A stretch of DNA of 64,000 nt, from the NCBI GenBank assembly GCA_000004695.1, contig CM000152.2:2240001-2304000 (forward strand), read 5' to 3'. Source of the stretch: Dictyostelium discoideum (lineage: Eukaryota). This document shows, piece by piece, positions 40,187-60,634 of this stretch (position 1 is the stretch's first letter; each line of letters opens with the position of its first letter). The notes under the pieces were generated by a model. That model had not been told where the DNA came from. It ran no database searches and saw nothing but the letters and a program-made list of their open reading frames with translations. The position numbers were made by a program, and so were the translations under genes.

Positions 40187-40533
40187 TTTTGTTATTTTAT
40201 TTTATTTTATTTTATTTTTTTTTTTTTTGTTATTTGTTTTTTTTTATTTTTATTTGTTTTTTTTTACTGTTTGTTATGTTTAATAAAAATAAAAAAAAAA
40301 ATAAAAAAAAAAAAATAAAAAATAAAAAACAAAAAATTATAACATACTTTGTGACAATAAAAAGAAAAGGAAAAATTCAAATCGAGCTGTGACGTTTTTT
40401 TTCGAGTTTTTAGGTTTTGGGTTTTTTTTTTTTTTTTGTAAAAGGAACTAAAAAATATTAAAAATTTAGGTTACCAGCCGTTTTTCATTTTTTTTATTAT
40501 TTTTTTTTTTTTTTTTTAAATTAATTATATTTT

Positions 40534-43500
40534 TTACAACTGCTCGTCATTACCGTTTGGGGTGTTGAAAGATGAATTATTAGGTGATTCGAAATCATTA
40601 TTAGAATATTCAGAAGGTGAATTTGAGTTTGAATTATTTGAATTTTGGCGAGAATCGCTGATCATTGTTGATAATTTGGTACTGTTTCTATTTTTTGAAC
40701 CTCCGCTATTTGTTGGACTATTATCTGAACTTGTATTAATATTTCTAGCACGTTGTTCAAAACAATACAAAATACTAAATCCAGGAACGATTTCAGTGAT
40801 TATTAAACCAATGAAACTGAATATCATTGAATTTACATTTCCTGCTACTAAAATCAATACAAATACACAATGTAATAAAAATCCAATCGAACATGCAACA
40901 GTGAGTGTAAAAATTTTTCTTTGATGATTTGATTTTGAGCCCACTTTAATATTGGTTGAACGCATAACAATGAATAAACGGCCACCCAAGTAAATGAATG
41001 CTGCACCCATAATTAATGAAATTAATGCTTGAATCACCGCGTAAACAATACTAACTACACGTTGTGGTGTTGAACTTTCCACTGGAATTATAATACGCGA
41101 ACCACAATCATTACTTGGATCGGTATTGGTATATTGGAAAACTAATACAATGGCAATGAATAATAGGTAGAGGAATGCATTGATTACAAATACAATTGTA
41201 AATAATCTCTTTGATAAATTCTCAGCAGATTTATTCTTTTTCAATACCAAGAATACAATGACATACCAAAGTACTAAAAGAATATTAAATGCTGTAAAGT
41301 AAATAAATGTTGGTAATACCACTAGAATGTAATCGGCGATTGGACTATCAGATAAATTACCACTTGGCATAATAAAGAAATAAATGGCTCTAATTGTGAT
41401 AAATAGTGTTACGACACCAATTAAAAGATGGGTTAGTTGGAAATTTCTTTTTTCTGAAACAAACTGAGTTCTAACAATAAGACATAATTCAAATAAACCC
41501 CAAATTGAGACTACTGAAAAGAGAGCACCCAATGTATACATTAATGCTCTTGATGTTGAGTCGAATGCTTGTTTACTTTCATTTTCCCATTCATCCATTC
41601 GATTAATTGGGAAATAAATTGGATTACCACCTTCAATGGTAACAATTGAACATAACATTAAAACTTCATCTTTACCTGCAGTTACACTATCCTTTGAAAT
41701 TTGAGTGAATATTTTATTTGATTGAATTGGAGTTGGTGTTGTTGATTCACCATCGATTTGAACTGCAAAATCTAAAATTGGATATTTTGTGCTAGATAGA
41801 GATATTTTCAAACAAATGGTTGCTTCATTTATACCATCTTGTGATTTAATCATAATACCATCTCCTAATAATGTACCAATGATTGCATCATTAGAGTTTT
41901 TAACACCATATTTATCAGCTTTCTTATAGGATACGAAATTTGATGCTAATGATTCTTTTTGTGCTGATGTATAGATTTCTCTTGAAATTTGTGAAATTGA
42001 TAAAGATTGACAACTTTGAGAGATTGAATCATTTGAAAATTCAATTTTACCATAATCGAATGAAAATGATGAATTTACACCTGCGCATGGTTTAGTTTGA
42101 CCTAATAATGGTGTTGATGCAGTGAAACATTGTGAGCCACCTTTACCTGAACAACTACATGTAATTGAGTTCAAATTTGATTGTAATCTTTCCATACGAC
42201 AATATGCTTCTGAACGGAATAAATCTGCAACTTGAGTTTTTGCTGCTTTTGTAACACTCTTGTAGAATAGTTGATAATTGAATACACTATCGATATCATT
42301 TGGAATGAATGATTTCGCAGTATTCCAAACAATTGGTTTATAAACACCTGGTAACCATGTAGCTGCTTTCCATTGGAATTTATTTGTCCATTTATTGAAT
42401 GAGTCCATACAACCTTCACATAAATCTTGATCCATTTCATTGAATTGGTAGTTGAATGGTAAATTATTAACTGTTATAGTGGATTCTAAAATTTTACAAC
42501 CCATTTGTGATGTACATGAACTTTGATTTCTTGCCGGTATCCACCATACACCACCATCATCTTCACAACTAACTTTACTCAAGTAGTCCAATCCTAATGG
42601 ATAACAACCATTTGGTGAATCTTGTTGGGCATATGGTTCACAACTTATGCCACTAAATTTACCATGTGGGAATAAACATTTACCATATCCATCAGGATAA
42701 TTATAATTTCTTGTAGTGGCTTGATTGAAATAAAATTCATCAGAACAAATACCTGCTGTTAAACATTCTTGTTCAGTTTGACACTCAATTGGTTTTAATG
42801 AGCATAAACTTTGTTGAGCATCTGGACCAATGCATTCACCTTCAAGTTTTGTTGAACAATCTATCCATGTATAACCTGAACCAGCAGTAATACATTGTTG
42901 TTCATCTGTTGCAGATTTTAATATACAAACTTTTGCTTCGGTTGACCATTCAGTTGTACCTACAGGATTATCTAATGCTGCACAATTTGTGCTATTCATT
43001 CCGGTTTGTAAAATTGCACAATAATCATCTTGATTATTTGCTAAACTTGAAGAGCATTCATAACCACATGGTACTGAACATTTACCTTTAGAATTACAAT
43101 TACTTTCGCTTGTTGCTGTTAAATCATATTCACCATTTGGTAAAAGACAAATTTGATTTTGAGTTTGACATGATGTTTGATCTGTAAATTCAGTAGCTAC
43201 ATGACATTGAGTATCTTCATTTGTACAAACACCACAAAAATCTTTTAAAACACAAGCATCTTCACATGACTCTTCAATACCATTTTCAGTATATGTATTA
43301 TCACTGCATGACAAGTATGGACAAATACCCCAAGAAGTACAATTATCAAAATGTGATACTAATCTAAAATCCCAATATAAAAACATACTATCCAAACAAG
43401 TATCATGATGAGAAAGGCATGAACCATCCAAACATCCATTTGTTGAATAACATTGTTCTTTGCTGTATGATACTCTTGACCCCCATGTATATGTAGAACG

Positions 43501-44348
43501 TTCATTTATATCATTTTGACCAATACAATCATCTTTTAAATGTTTATTGAAAACTTTAGTAACAACATCATCATTTACAATGGTTGAACTCTCCAACAAT
43601 GAGAATAATGTACCAGGTGATAAATTTGATAATACACATTTTACATATTCAAAATCGATTTTATTAAAATTTGGTAAACAAGTTCTTGAATATAAATTAC
43701 ATTTACCATCGCCATATCCATTACAATCTGTATCATTTGTACAAAATGATGTTGGTGGTATTAATTTACTCTTGCAATCTCTTAAAACTGTAATTGATGT
43801 TAATTCTAATTTGGTTGGTTCAGTTGATGGCACAGCACAATCATCAATACCATCCAACGAGCTACCATAATCTGATAATACTGATGAGGTACATTCTAGA
43901 CTTGAACATTGTTCACCTACTAAACTTTGATTCACCGATACGAATTGTGTGATGTTAGTTGGAATAATTGATGGATTACAGCATTGATAATAATCCTGAA
44001 TTGGTGAACAACATGGATCAGTTTTATATTCTGGATCAGTACTTAAGTATTGACATAATCTAATTGAAATATTCTTTACAACAGTTTCCATATGTAATAA
44101 TGATAATGCTTTATTACTACAACCTATCCATGCATCACTAATAGTTAATGAATCTAAACTATATCTATAATTATTTAATTCATCAATATCTGATACATTA
44201 AATAATACTTTTTCTGTATTTTCTAACAATTCCAAAACTTGTTGAAATTTATCAGTATCACATTCAATTTCTTTTTCTTTAAATCCAACTTGAATATTAA
44301 TTGGCTAATTAAAAAAAAAAAAAAAAAAAAATGGTTAGTAAATAATAA

Positions 44349-44429
<81 letters not shown>

Positions 44430-45961
44430 CTTACATTATCATTTTCATCAAAAATATTTGAAAGAAATTGTAATTTTGAATTTAAAATTGTTTCAAAATC
44501 AAATACTTTAACTAAATCATTTTTACCAACACTTGAGGAGAGTCTGACAGAAGCTTGAAATGATTTTGGTTTATAGGAACTAAATGAATCCTTTATAATG
44601 TCATCATAAATTAAAAGGTAGTCAAACTTTGGTGTATGGAAAAAGAAGGATGGGACTGGATATAATGGATTAATATCAGTTTGTGGATATAAAATTGTAA
44701 AAGGGTCAGATGCATCAAATGTTGGACCATCATAATATGAAGTTGGGGTATCCAAACGAGCTGTATTTACTAATGATATTGCACCTGCTTGAGTTGTCAT
44801 AAAATTACTTTCATAAAATGAATATCTATATCTATCACCTTGTGTTGTAATTGAAAAAGTATAATTTGTTGAATAAGTTGGTACAGCTGTTATATATATT
44901 GTTGATGGTTCTAAATATAAAACTATATAGTTATCAACTATTTTAAAATAAAAAAAAAATAAAAAAAAACAAATAATAAATATTAAATTAAAAAAAAAAA
45001 AAATTTGTATTAAATTAAAAAAAAAAAAAAACTTACAATCTTCTGATAATTGCCAAAAAGAATCCAATTCTGTTGGCTTTTGAGTTGAATTTGACATATA
45101 ATAAATTACATTTTGGTACATGCATGGGAAATTAAAGTAATAAAATTCTGCTTTATCAACTTGAAAAGAGTAATATTGTGGTTCATATGCCTCTGCCACA
45201 TTATTAATAATTTCACCAGTGGTGATACAAATGTGGTCAGGAGTTGCAGATTGGCAATTTGAAGTATCTACTGTAGCATTTGGTACTTTATTTGTATGAA
45301 GGATTAATGAGAATTTGAAATATTGGCTTTGTGGTACAACATTTATAAAGTAGGTATCTCTAGTCCATGATAATGTATATGAATAATGTTCAGCTACATC
45401 CCAATTATCAGATGGGCAAATATTAAATAATGCCAATCTTTGTGATTTATACTCTGATGAATATCTTTGATAGGTTAATGATGGTGTTGAGCCAATGTAT
45501 GTATCACCATAACCTTCCATTGGAGTGACTTTAAGGAAAACACCATTACAACCAAACGAATCGGCTTTAACCCTAAATCTTTGAATTTTACCACCTGATG
45601 ATTCAAAGCTATATTGTTTATCGAATTCAACCGTTTTCCATTCTCCACTGCATAATTCAATTCCTTCAACGCCAGTTTCGTCACATACATTTGTACAACT
45701 TGGATGACGGATTTTTGGACATTCGTTCATATCTGTATAATCACATGTACAATCAATTTCACTATCACTTGGAATATCTGTACAATTATAGTTTGGACAT
45801 CCCAATGAATCATATTTATAAATATCTTGATCAAATTCGATATCAATCAATGCATATGATAAATCAACACCCAAAACGTTTACATCTTTTTTAACAACTG
45901 TTGATGATTTAACTTCAAAACCTATTTAAAATTATTTTTTATTGTGTTTTTAGAATTTGAG

Positions 45962-45997
<36 letters not shown>

Positions 45998-46201
45998 CAA
46001 TTTCGTAAAACAAAAAATGATCAAATTTGCTTAAAAAAAAAAAAAAAAAAAAAAGACAAATAAAACAAAATAAAATAAAACAAAATAATAATAATATAAA
46101 ATAAAATAAAATAAAATAAAATAAAATAAAATAAAATTACCTTTAATCAAATTTATTATACTCAAAAAAATAAATAGAAATAATAAAAAATTATTCTTCA
46201 T
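40534..46201 (-). CDS. Giant 7TM receptor-like protein, paralogue A (about 1800 aa). 4 exons: about 46141-46201 signal peptide; about 45047-45921; about 44446-44935; 40534-about 44305. Divergent beta-rich N-terminal domain, long Cys-rich ectodomain, C-terminal 7 transmembrane helices, S/N-rich cytoplasmic tail.
   Basis: Exon1 MKNNFLLFLFIFLSIINLIK is followed by a GTAATT donor. Exon2 GFEVKSSTVVKKDVNVLGVDLSYALIDIEFD... runs to ...WQLSED with a GTAAGT donor. Exon3 ..DNYIVLYLEP... runs to ...IFDENDN with a GTAAGT donor. The (AAT)n intron ends ..aattag. Exon4 PINIQVGFKEKEIECDTDKFQQVLELLENTEKVLFNVSDIDELNNYRY... is the 1233-aa ORF. The ORF-track start MELLE is a TTG codon, not a real Met. Seven hydrophobic helices: ALMYTLGALFSVVSIWGLFELCLIV, LLIGVVTLFITIRAIYFFIM, YILVVLPTFIYFTAFNILLVLWYVIVF, LFTIVFVINAFLYLLFIAIVLVF, VVSIVYAVIQALISLIMGAAFIYLGG, IFTLTVACSIGFLLHCVFVLILVA, MIFSFIGLIITEIVPGFSILYCF. 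Confidence 0.7.
44340..44420. repeat. (AAT)n microsatellite in the last intron of paralogue A. The equivalent (AAT)n lies at about 50800-50930 in paralogue B.
   Basis: Direct reading of perfect trinucleotide runs at orthologous intron positions. Confidence 0.9.
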
Positions 46202-46371
46202 TTTTTTAAAAAAGAAAAATTATAAACTATTCTTTTTTTGATGTGAAAAAAAAAAAAAGTGTTTATAAAAATATATTTATAGATTATTATTTGATGAAGG
46301 AAAGATTTATTTCAAGGACCTCTTTTTTTTTTTTTAAATGAATTATATATATTTTTTTTTTTCCTCTTTTC

Positions 46372-46411
<40 letters not shown>

Positions 46412-46693
46412 AAAGTTTGTTTTGATCAAAAAATTTTCGTACGAGAGACCCTAATACTTGCAAGACCGTCCCAAAGATAAAGGGAAAAAAAATAAAAAAA
46501 TAAAAAAAAAAAAAATAAAAAAATTTAAAAAAATGTTTTTAGCTTTTAAGGATAAATCTTTGAACACAGATTTGTGTCAGTTTACTTTAATATCTTTTTT
46601 TCTCAATAAATTAAATTAAAATTTTTTTATTTTTTTTTTTTTTTTGTAAATAAAAAAATGTTTAAAACTAAAAATAAAACCACAATTAATCAA

Positions 46694-46725
<32 letters not shown>

Positions 46726-46921
46726 ATAATTTATATATTCTCAAAAATATCTTATATTTATCAACAAAAAAGAGGTATCTTTAAAAAAAAACAATTTTTT
46801 TAATTTTATTTATTTAATATTTTTTTGTTATATATTTATTTTTAGTTAATTATGTTTTTTTATTTTTATTTTAAATGTACAAAACTTATTTTTTCAATTA
46901 AAAAAAAAAGTTATTTTATTC

Positions 46922-52826
<5,905 letters not shown>

Positions 52827-53477
52827 TTTTTTTTTTTTTTTAATTTTTAATTATTTAAGTTTTGGTATGAATTTTTACCTTTGCGTTTTCTTTATTTTTT
52901 AGAAAAAAAAAAAAAAACAAATAATAATAACTTCATATACGAAGATTATTGTTTTGTAAGCGATAATTATTTAGAAAAACAATTGGAAAAAAAAAAAAAA
53001 AAATTAAAAAAAGAAAAAAAAAATAAATTAAAATAAAAAAAAATTACAAAAAAAAATTTGAGTAGATATTATAATAATTGATTGACGAGGTTTCGACAAA
53101 GGCTATAAAAAAAAAAAAATTCAACCAATCAAATCTTTTGGATATAGATTTTTTTTTTTGAATTTTTACAAAAAAAAAAAAAAAAAATTGAAAAATCTAA
53201 GTATGCTATTAAAATCATTTTAGATGGTCCAATCAACAGATTGTTTTTTAGGTTTAAAAATCATTATCATAATAACCAACTGTTTTTTTTTTTTAAAATT
53301 AAAAAACGTAAGGTGGGCCAAGTTTATTCCTTTTTATTGTAATTTTTTATCACTTTTTTTTTTTCTGACTTTTTATTTTTTTTTTTTTTTTTTTAATTTT
53401 AGCGTACCTAAAACTTTTTTTTAATTTTTATTTTTTTTTTTATTTTTATTTTTTTTTATATTTTTTTTTATTTCGAA

Positions 53478-56400
53478 TCAATCATCATTACTGGTTGGAG
53501 TGTTGACTGATGAATTATTGGGTGATTCGAAATCATTATTTGAATACTCGGATGGTGAATTGGAATTAGTATTAATTGAATTTTGACGAGAATCGCTAAC
53601 CATTGTCGATAATCTCGTTCCTTTTTCTCTCTTTGAGCCACCTCTACTGCTACCCCTAGTTGTTCCACTTGCGGTGTCAGCAACATTATTTTTAGCACGT
53701 TGGTCAAAGCAGAATAAAATACTACATGCTGGAATAATTTCAGTGATTATTAAACCAATGAAACTGAATACCATTGAATTTACATTTCCTGCTACTAAAA
53801 TCAAAACAAAAGCACAATGTAATAAAAACCCAATTGAGCAAACGAATGAAAGTATGAAAATTTTTCTTTGATGATTTGATTTTGAGCCCACTTTAATATT
53901 GGTTGAACGCATAACAATGAATAAACGGCCACCCAAGTAAATGAATGCTGCACCCATAATTAATGAAATTAATGCTTGAATCACCGCATAAACAATACTA
54001 ACTACACGTTGTGGTGTTGAACTTTCAATTGGAATTATAATACGTGAACCACAATCATTGGTTGGATTTGATTTGGTATATTGGAAAACCAATACAATTG
54101 CAATGAATAATAGGTAGAGGAATGCATTGATTACAAATACAATTGTAAATAATCTGTTTGTTAGATTATCAGCAGATTTATTCTTTTTCAATACCAGGAA
54201 AACAATGACATACCAAAGTACTAAAAGAATATTAAATGCTGTAAAGTAAATAAATGTTGGTAATACCACAAGAATGTAATCAATGATTGGACTATCGGAT
54301 AAATTACCACTTGGCATAATAAAGAAATAAATGGCTCTAATTGTGATAAATAGTGTTACGACACCAATTAAAAGATGAGTTAATTGGAATTTTCTTTTAA
54401 TTGATATATTTCTTTGTTTATATCTTGCAATTGCGATTAAACATAGTTCAAATCCACCCCACAACGCGACAACCAAAAAGAAGGTGGCCAATGTATACAT
54501 TAATGCCTTTGATGTCGAGTCGAATGCTTGTTTTCTTTCATCCTCCCATTCATCCATACGATTAATTGGGAAATAAATTGGATTACCACCTTCAATGGTA
54601 ACAATTGAACATAACATTAAAACTTCATCTTTACCTGCAGTTACACTATCCTCTGAAATTTGAGTGAAAACTTTACTTGATTGAATTGGATTTGGTGTTT
54701 TTGATTCAATATCATAACTACCATCATTTATTTGAATTGCAAAATCATAAATTGGATATTTTGAATTATTTGTTCCAGATATTGTTAAACAAATGGTTGC
54801 TTCATTTATACCATCTTGTGATTTAATCATAATACCATCTCCTAATAATGTACCAATGATTGCATCATTAGAGTTTTTAACACCATATTTATCAGCTTTC
54901 TTATAGGATACGAAATTTGATGCTAATGATTCTTTTTGTGCTGATGTATAGATTTCTCTTGAAATTTGTGAAATTGATAAAGATTGACAACTTTGAGAGA
55001 TTGAATCATTTGAAAATTCAATTTTACCATAATCGAATGAAAATGATGAATTTACACCTGCGCATGGTTTAGTTTGACCTAATAATGGTGTTGATGCAGT
55101 GAAACATTGTGAGCCACCTTTACCTGAACAACTACATGTAATTGAGTTCAAATTTGATTGTAATCTTTCCATACGACAATATGCTTCTGAACGGAATAAA
55201 TCTGCAACTTGAGCTTTTGCTGCTTTTGTAACACTCTTGTAGAATAGTTGATAATTGAATACATCTCTATTTTCATTTGGAATGAATGATTTTGCAGTAT
55301 TCCAAACAATTGGTTTATAAACACCTGGTAACCATGTGGCTGCTTCCCATTGGAATTTATTTGTCCATTTATTGAATGAATCTATACATGCTTCACATGT
55401 TTCTTGGTTCATTTCATTAAAATGGAAGTTGTATGGTAAATTGGTTTCATATGATTCTAAAATTTTACAACCCATTTGTAATGTACATGAACTTTGATTT
55501 CTTGCTGGTGTCCACCATACACCACCATCATCTTCACAATCGATTTGAGTTAAAACCATTGGATTAATAGAGTAGCAACCATTTGGTGAATCTTGTTGTT
55601 CAGACTCCTTACATGAAATTAAATATTGATAATTATCATGTGGGAACACACATCTACCCAATCCAACAGGATAATGATTATTTGCAAGAGAACTAAAGTA
55701 AAAGTCATCGGAACAAGTACCTGCTGCTGTTAAACATTCTTGTTCAGTTTGACATTCAATTGGTTTTAGTGAACAAAGTTTTACATTATTTAATGGTCCA
55801 GAACATTCACCTTCAAGTTTTGTTGAACAATCTATCCATGTATAATTTGTACCAGTGGCAGTACATTGTTGTTCATCCGTTGCAGATTTTAATATACAAA
55901 CATTTGCTTCGGTTGACCATTCAGTTGTACCTACAGGATTATCTAATGCTGCACAATTTGTGCTATTCATTCCGGTTTGTAAAATTGCACAATAATCATC
56001 TTGATTATTTGCTAAACTTGAAGAGCATTCATAACCACATGGTACTGAACATTTACCTTTAGAATTACAATTACTTTCGCTTGTTGCTGTTAAATCATAT
56101 TCACCATTTGGTAAAAGACAAATTTGATTTTGAGTTTGACATGATGTTTGATCTGTAAATTCAGTAGCTACATGACATTGAGTATCTTCATTTGTACAAA
56201 CACCACAAAAATCTTTTAAAACACAAGCATCTTCACATGACTCTTCAATGCCATTTTCAGTATATGTATTATCTTTGCAAGACAAGTATGGACAAATACC
56301 CCAATCAGTACAATTATCAACATGAGAAACTAATCTAAAATCCCAATGTGCATAAATTGACTCAATACAAGTATCATGATAGGTAATACATGATTCATCA

Positions 56401-58845
56401 ATACATTCTTGATGTTGAACTGCATAACAATCATCTACTTGGAATCCTGGTGACCAAATAAATGTTGAACGATCTTTAATATAATTATGACCAATACAAT
56501 CCTCTCTTATATGGTTATTGAAAACTTTAGTTACAACATCATCATTTACTGTTGTTGAACCTTCTAACAATGAGAATAATGTACCAGGTGATAAGTGTAA
56601 TAGTACACATTTTACATATTCAAAATCGATTGTATCAAAATCTGGTATACAAGTTCTTGAGTATAAATTACATTCACCATTTCCATATCCATTACAATCT
56701 GTATCATTTGAACAAAATGGTGATACTAATTTACTCTTGCAATCTCTTAAAACTGTAATTGATGTTAATTCTAATTTTTTAGGTTCAATTGATGGCACAG
56801 CACAATCATCAATACCAGTTAACGAACTACCATAATCTGATAATACTGATGAGGTACATTCTTGACTTGAACATTGTTCACTTACTAAACTTTTATTCAC
56901 CGATATGAATTGTGTAACATTTTTTAAAACAATTGATGGATTACAACATTGATAATATCTAGCCAATTCTGAACAACATGGGTCAGTTTTATATTCTGGA
57001 TCAGTGACGAAATGTGAACAATATTTTGTTGATATATTCTTTGCAACAGTTTCCATATGTAATAATGATAATGCTTTATTACTACAACCTATCCATGCAT
57101 CACTAATAGTCAATGAATCTAAACTATATCTATAATTATTTAATTCATCAATATCCGAAACATTAAATAGTGTTGTCTCTGTTTTTTCAATAAGTCCCAA
57201 AACTTTTTCAAATTCTGTATTATTACATTCTAAATTTTTTTCTTTAAAATTAATAGTTAAATCAATTGGCTAAAGTAATAATAATAATAATAATAAAAAA
57301 TAAATGTTAATAATTTTTTAAAAAATAAATGTTAATAATTTTTTAAAAAATAAAAATAAAAATTTAATATTATTATTTACATTATTATTTTCATCAAAAA
57401 TAGTTCCAAGGAATTGTAAAGATGATTCTAAAATTGTTGAATAATTTTCAATAAAATCACCACCAACTGAAAGAATAAATGCAACTTGAAATGATTTTGG
57501 TTTAAAAGTATTTAATGGTGGCTGTAAAATATTTAAATAGTTAAATGAAGTTGAATCAATGAAACGAGCAGATACTGGCCATAATGGATTTATATCGTAT
57601 TGTGGATAAATTGCGGTGAATGTAGTGCTAGTTGTAAAAGCTGCTGAATCATAATCAATAGTTGGCAAACGTAAACGTACACTATTAACCAATGCTAAAG
57701 TACCAGGTTGTGTTGATAATGATCCCAATGAATATCTATACCTATTACCTTGATTTGTAATTGAAAATGAATAATCTGTTTCATAAACTGTATATACACT
57801 TAAATAAATAATTAATGGTGTTGTACTATCAACTGGTTCCAAATATAATACCATATTATTTTCATCTAAAAAAAAAATAAAAAATAAAAAATAAAAAAAC
57901 AATTAATAAATTAATAAATTAATAAATTAATAAAATTATTATTATTTAAATACGTTACAATCTTGTTCTAATTTCCAAGTTGTATAACTGGCATTTGGAA
58001 ATATATATTCGTTTGAAATAAATATTGAAGTACTTTGAAAAATTGAAGGGAAATTAAAATAATAGAAACCAGCATTTTCAACTTGAAATGAATAATGTTG
58101 ATATTGATTATCTGTTAAGAAACCATAGACAACTTGACCAATAGTTACACATATATGGTCAGATGATACTGGTTGACAATTTGAAGTGTCGACAGGTTCA
58201 CTTGGTACATCATTTGAACGAATGATCATTTTAAAAGTATAATTGTTACTAAGTGGTTGAATTCTTAAAAAGTAAGTGTCACGACTCCAAGAATCTGTGA
58301 ATGTAAAATGTTCAGTTCTATTCCAATTATCTGATGGACATATATTGAATAACATATTTCTTTCAGGTGAAAAACCAGATGAATAACGTGAATAGCTTGA
58401 TGATGGTGTTTTACCATTAATATAAACTTGACCATATCCAGAGATTGGTAAAACTTTTAAAAATAAACCTTTACAACCAAATGAATCGGCTTTCATTCTA
58501 AAAAATAGATCCTCTGATGTAGTATAGATTTTTTCTGTATCCGATTCAATAGTTGTCCATTCGCCATTACAAATATTCTCAGTGACATTACATGCATTTG
58601 TACAACTTGGATCACGGATTTTCGGACATTCGTTCATATCTGTATAATCACATGTACAATCTATATTCTTATCACTTGGAATATCTGTACAATTATAGTT
58701 TGGACATCCCAATGAATCATATAAATAAATATCTTGATCAAATTCAACATCAATCAATGCATATGATAAATCGGTTCCCAATAAGTTAACATCTTTTTTT
58801 ATAATAGTTGACGATTTAACTTCAATACCTATTTACAATTATTTT

Positions 58846-58899
<54 letters not shown>

Positions 58900-59214
58900 G
58901 TATTTTTAGAATTTTTGATTTTCACGTTTTACAAAAAAAAAAAATAGTGCGAAAAAAAAAAACAGTGCGAAAAAAAAACAGTTCGAATTGTTTTTTTTTT
59001 TTTTTTTTCAGATTCCGTGTGGTAAAATAATTATAATTGTTTATTTTTTGATCTTCGTAAAAATAAAAAAAAATAAAAATAAAACAAAAAAGATAAAAAT
59101 AAAAAAAATAATAATAATGAAAAAAGAAATTAATTTACCTCTGATTTTATTTATAAAAAAAAGATGGAACGAAAATAAGAAAATGTAAAATATTACAATA
59201 TTTTTAACATTCAT
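53478..59214 (-). CDS. Giant 7TM receptor-like protein, paralogue C, same architecture: about 59139-59214; about 57966-58828; about 57381-57869; 53478-about 57268.
   Basis: Exon1 MNVKNIVIFYIFLFSFHLFFINKIR(G) has a GTAAAT donor. Exon2 GIEVKSSTIIKKDVNLLGTDLSYALIDVEFDQDIYLYDSLGCPNYNCTDIP...TWKLEQD has a GTAACG donor. Exon3 (acceptor ttttttag) ..ENNMVLYLEPVDSTTPLIIY...IFDENNN has a GTAAAT donor. Exon4 is the 1240-aa ORF MGLIEKTETTLFNVSD...; its real exon start lies upstream at the ..ctttag acceptor at about 57268. The 7TM region is about 95% identical to A and B. Confidence 0.7.
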
Positions 59215-59628
59215 TTTTTTTTTTTTTTTAATTTTTTTTTTTTTTTTTTTTTTTTTCTACAGTACAATTATAATTATTTTATTACTTCACATTAAAAAAA
59301 AAAAAAAAAAAAAAAATAAAAAAAAAAAAAAAAGTAAACTCTTGAAAAAAGAAAAAATACAAAATTAAAAAAATAAAATATTTTAAATTTAAATAAAAAA
59401 ACTTTAAAAAAAATATTTTTATGGAAATCTTAGGAATCGCAGGAATTTTTTTAAATTTAAGAAAAATTTATTTTTATGCAGATCAGTTGTGCCGAACAAA
59501 TTTAAATAATCATTGGCTACTTATTTTTGATCAACGTTTAACATTAAGTTGGATTATTTTTTTTTTTTTCCTCATCTTTTGAGAAAGATATTTTTAAATG
59601 TTATTAATTATAAATACATTTTTCATTG

Positions 59629-59660
<32 letters not shown>

Positions 59661-60512
59661 CAAAGCATTTTTTTTTTTTTTTTAATTCGATCTCACCTAA
59701 AATCTTTTCAAAGAGTTTTGGTAATTTTATTTGATCATGAGATGTATGATAGATTTTTTGTTAGGTTTGATGATCATAATTCTCCACACCAAAAAAAATA
59801 AAATAATAAGAATTTATTCATTCTGGTTACAAAACAAAAAATTGAACAAAAATAATTATAAAGGAATTTCACTTTTTAATTTTTTTTTTTTTTTTTTTTT
59901 TTTTCGGATGAATTGTTTTATTAGAAAAAAAACATGTGGGTCAGAAAACAAAAAAAAAAGACTATAAATACTATTTTAAAATTAATTTTTTTTATTTTTT
60001 TTTTATTTTGAGGGGCGAAAAAAAAAAAGATATTTTTGATAAGAACATTTCAATTTAAATTTTTAATTTTTCTTTCACCTTTTTTTTTTTTTTTTTTAAT
60101 TATTAATTTATATTTTTCTTTTTTTCCTTGTTTTTTTAAGAAAGCATTTTTTAATTTTTTAATATCAATTTTTTATTAATTTATATATTTTTTTTTTTCT
60201 TGTTTTTTTTTTTTTTTTTGGTCTACCAATTTTTTTTATATTTTTTTTTTTAAATATTAAAAGATTAATATTTAAAGGAATTTAATAGTGTCTTTTTTTT
60301 TTTTTTTTTTTTTTTTTTTTGGCGTATTCCAAAAGTCTAAGAATCTCTTCAAGAATTTGATAGGGTTATAAAAAATAAAATAAGAAAAACGATTCACGCT
60401 TTACAGCATTCATATAATATTAATTGTGTGTTCCTTTATTTATTATGATCAATAATACATTAAAAAAAAAGAAAAAAATAAAAAAAAAATAAAAAAATAA
60501 AAAATAAAACAA

Positions 60513-60580
60513 AAGGACAACTCGCGAAGGGTTTTTTTTTGGAGAAAAATTCAGAGTAATTGCTGTAAGGCGAGCTTATT
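60513..60580 (-). ncRNA. Candidate Dictyostelium Class I non-coding RNA gene (about 60-70 nt).
   Basis: The minus strand reads AAGCTCGCCTTACAGCAATTACTCTGAATTTTTCTCCAAAAAAAAAACCCTTCGCGAGTTGTCC. It contains the exact 11-nt CCTTACAGCAA motif immediately after a 5' arm (GCTCGC). That arm can pair with a 3' arm (GCGAG), giving the short terminal stem characteristic of Class I RNAs. It ends in a U-rich tract, and a DUSE-like element lies about 60 nt upstream. Confidence 0.6.
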
Positions 60581-60634
60581 TAAAAATTAAAAAAAATCTA
60601 TTAATTAGTAAAAAAAATTTTAATAATAAAATTT

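Noticed and set aside
40534-40548. ORF-track start MELLE for the 1233-aa receptor ORF.
   Set aside because: The first codon is TTG, and the frame continues upstream to a splice acceptor (..aattag|CCAATT.. at about 44305). The real N-terminus is the signal-peptide exon at about 46141-46201.
43547-43870. Conserved ~105-aa plus-strand ORFs (MKTLVTTSSFT...) present at equivalent positions in all three receptor paralogues (also 50031-50348 and 56518-56835).
   Set aside because: They are antisense to the highly conserved Cys-rich coding exon of the receptor genes. The conservation is inherited from the sense strand, and there are no independent start or splice signals.
60385-60415. Second near-match to the Class I motif on the plus strand (CGCTTTACAGCATTC).
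   Set aside because: Three mismatches or indels relative to CCTTACAGCAA. There is no flanking stem and no DUSE at the expected distance.
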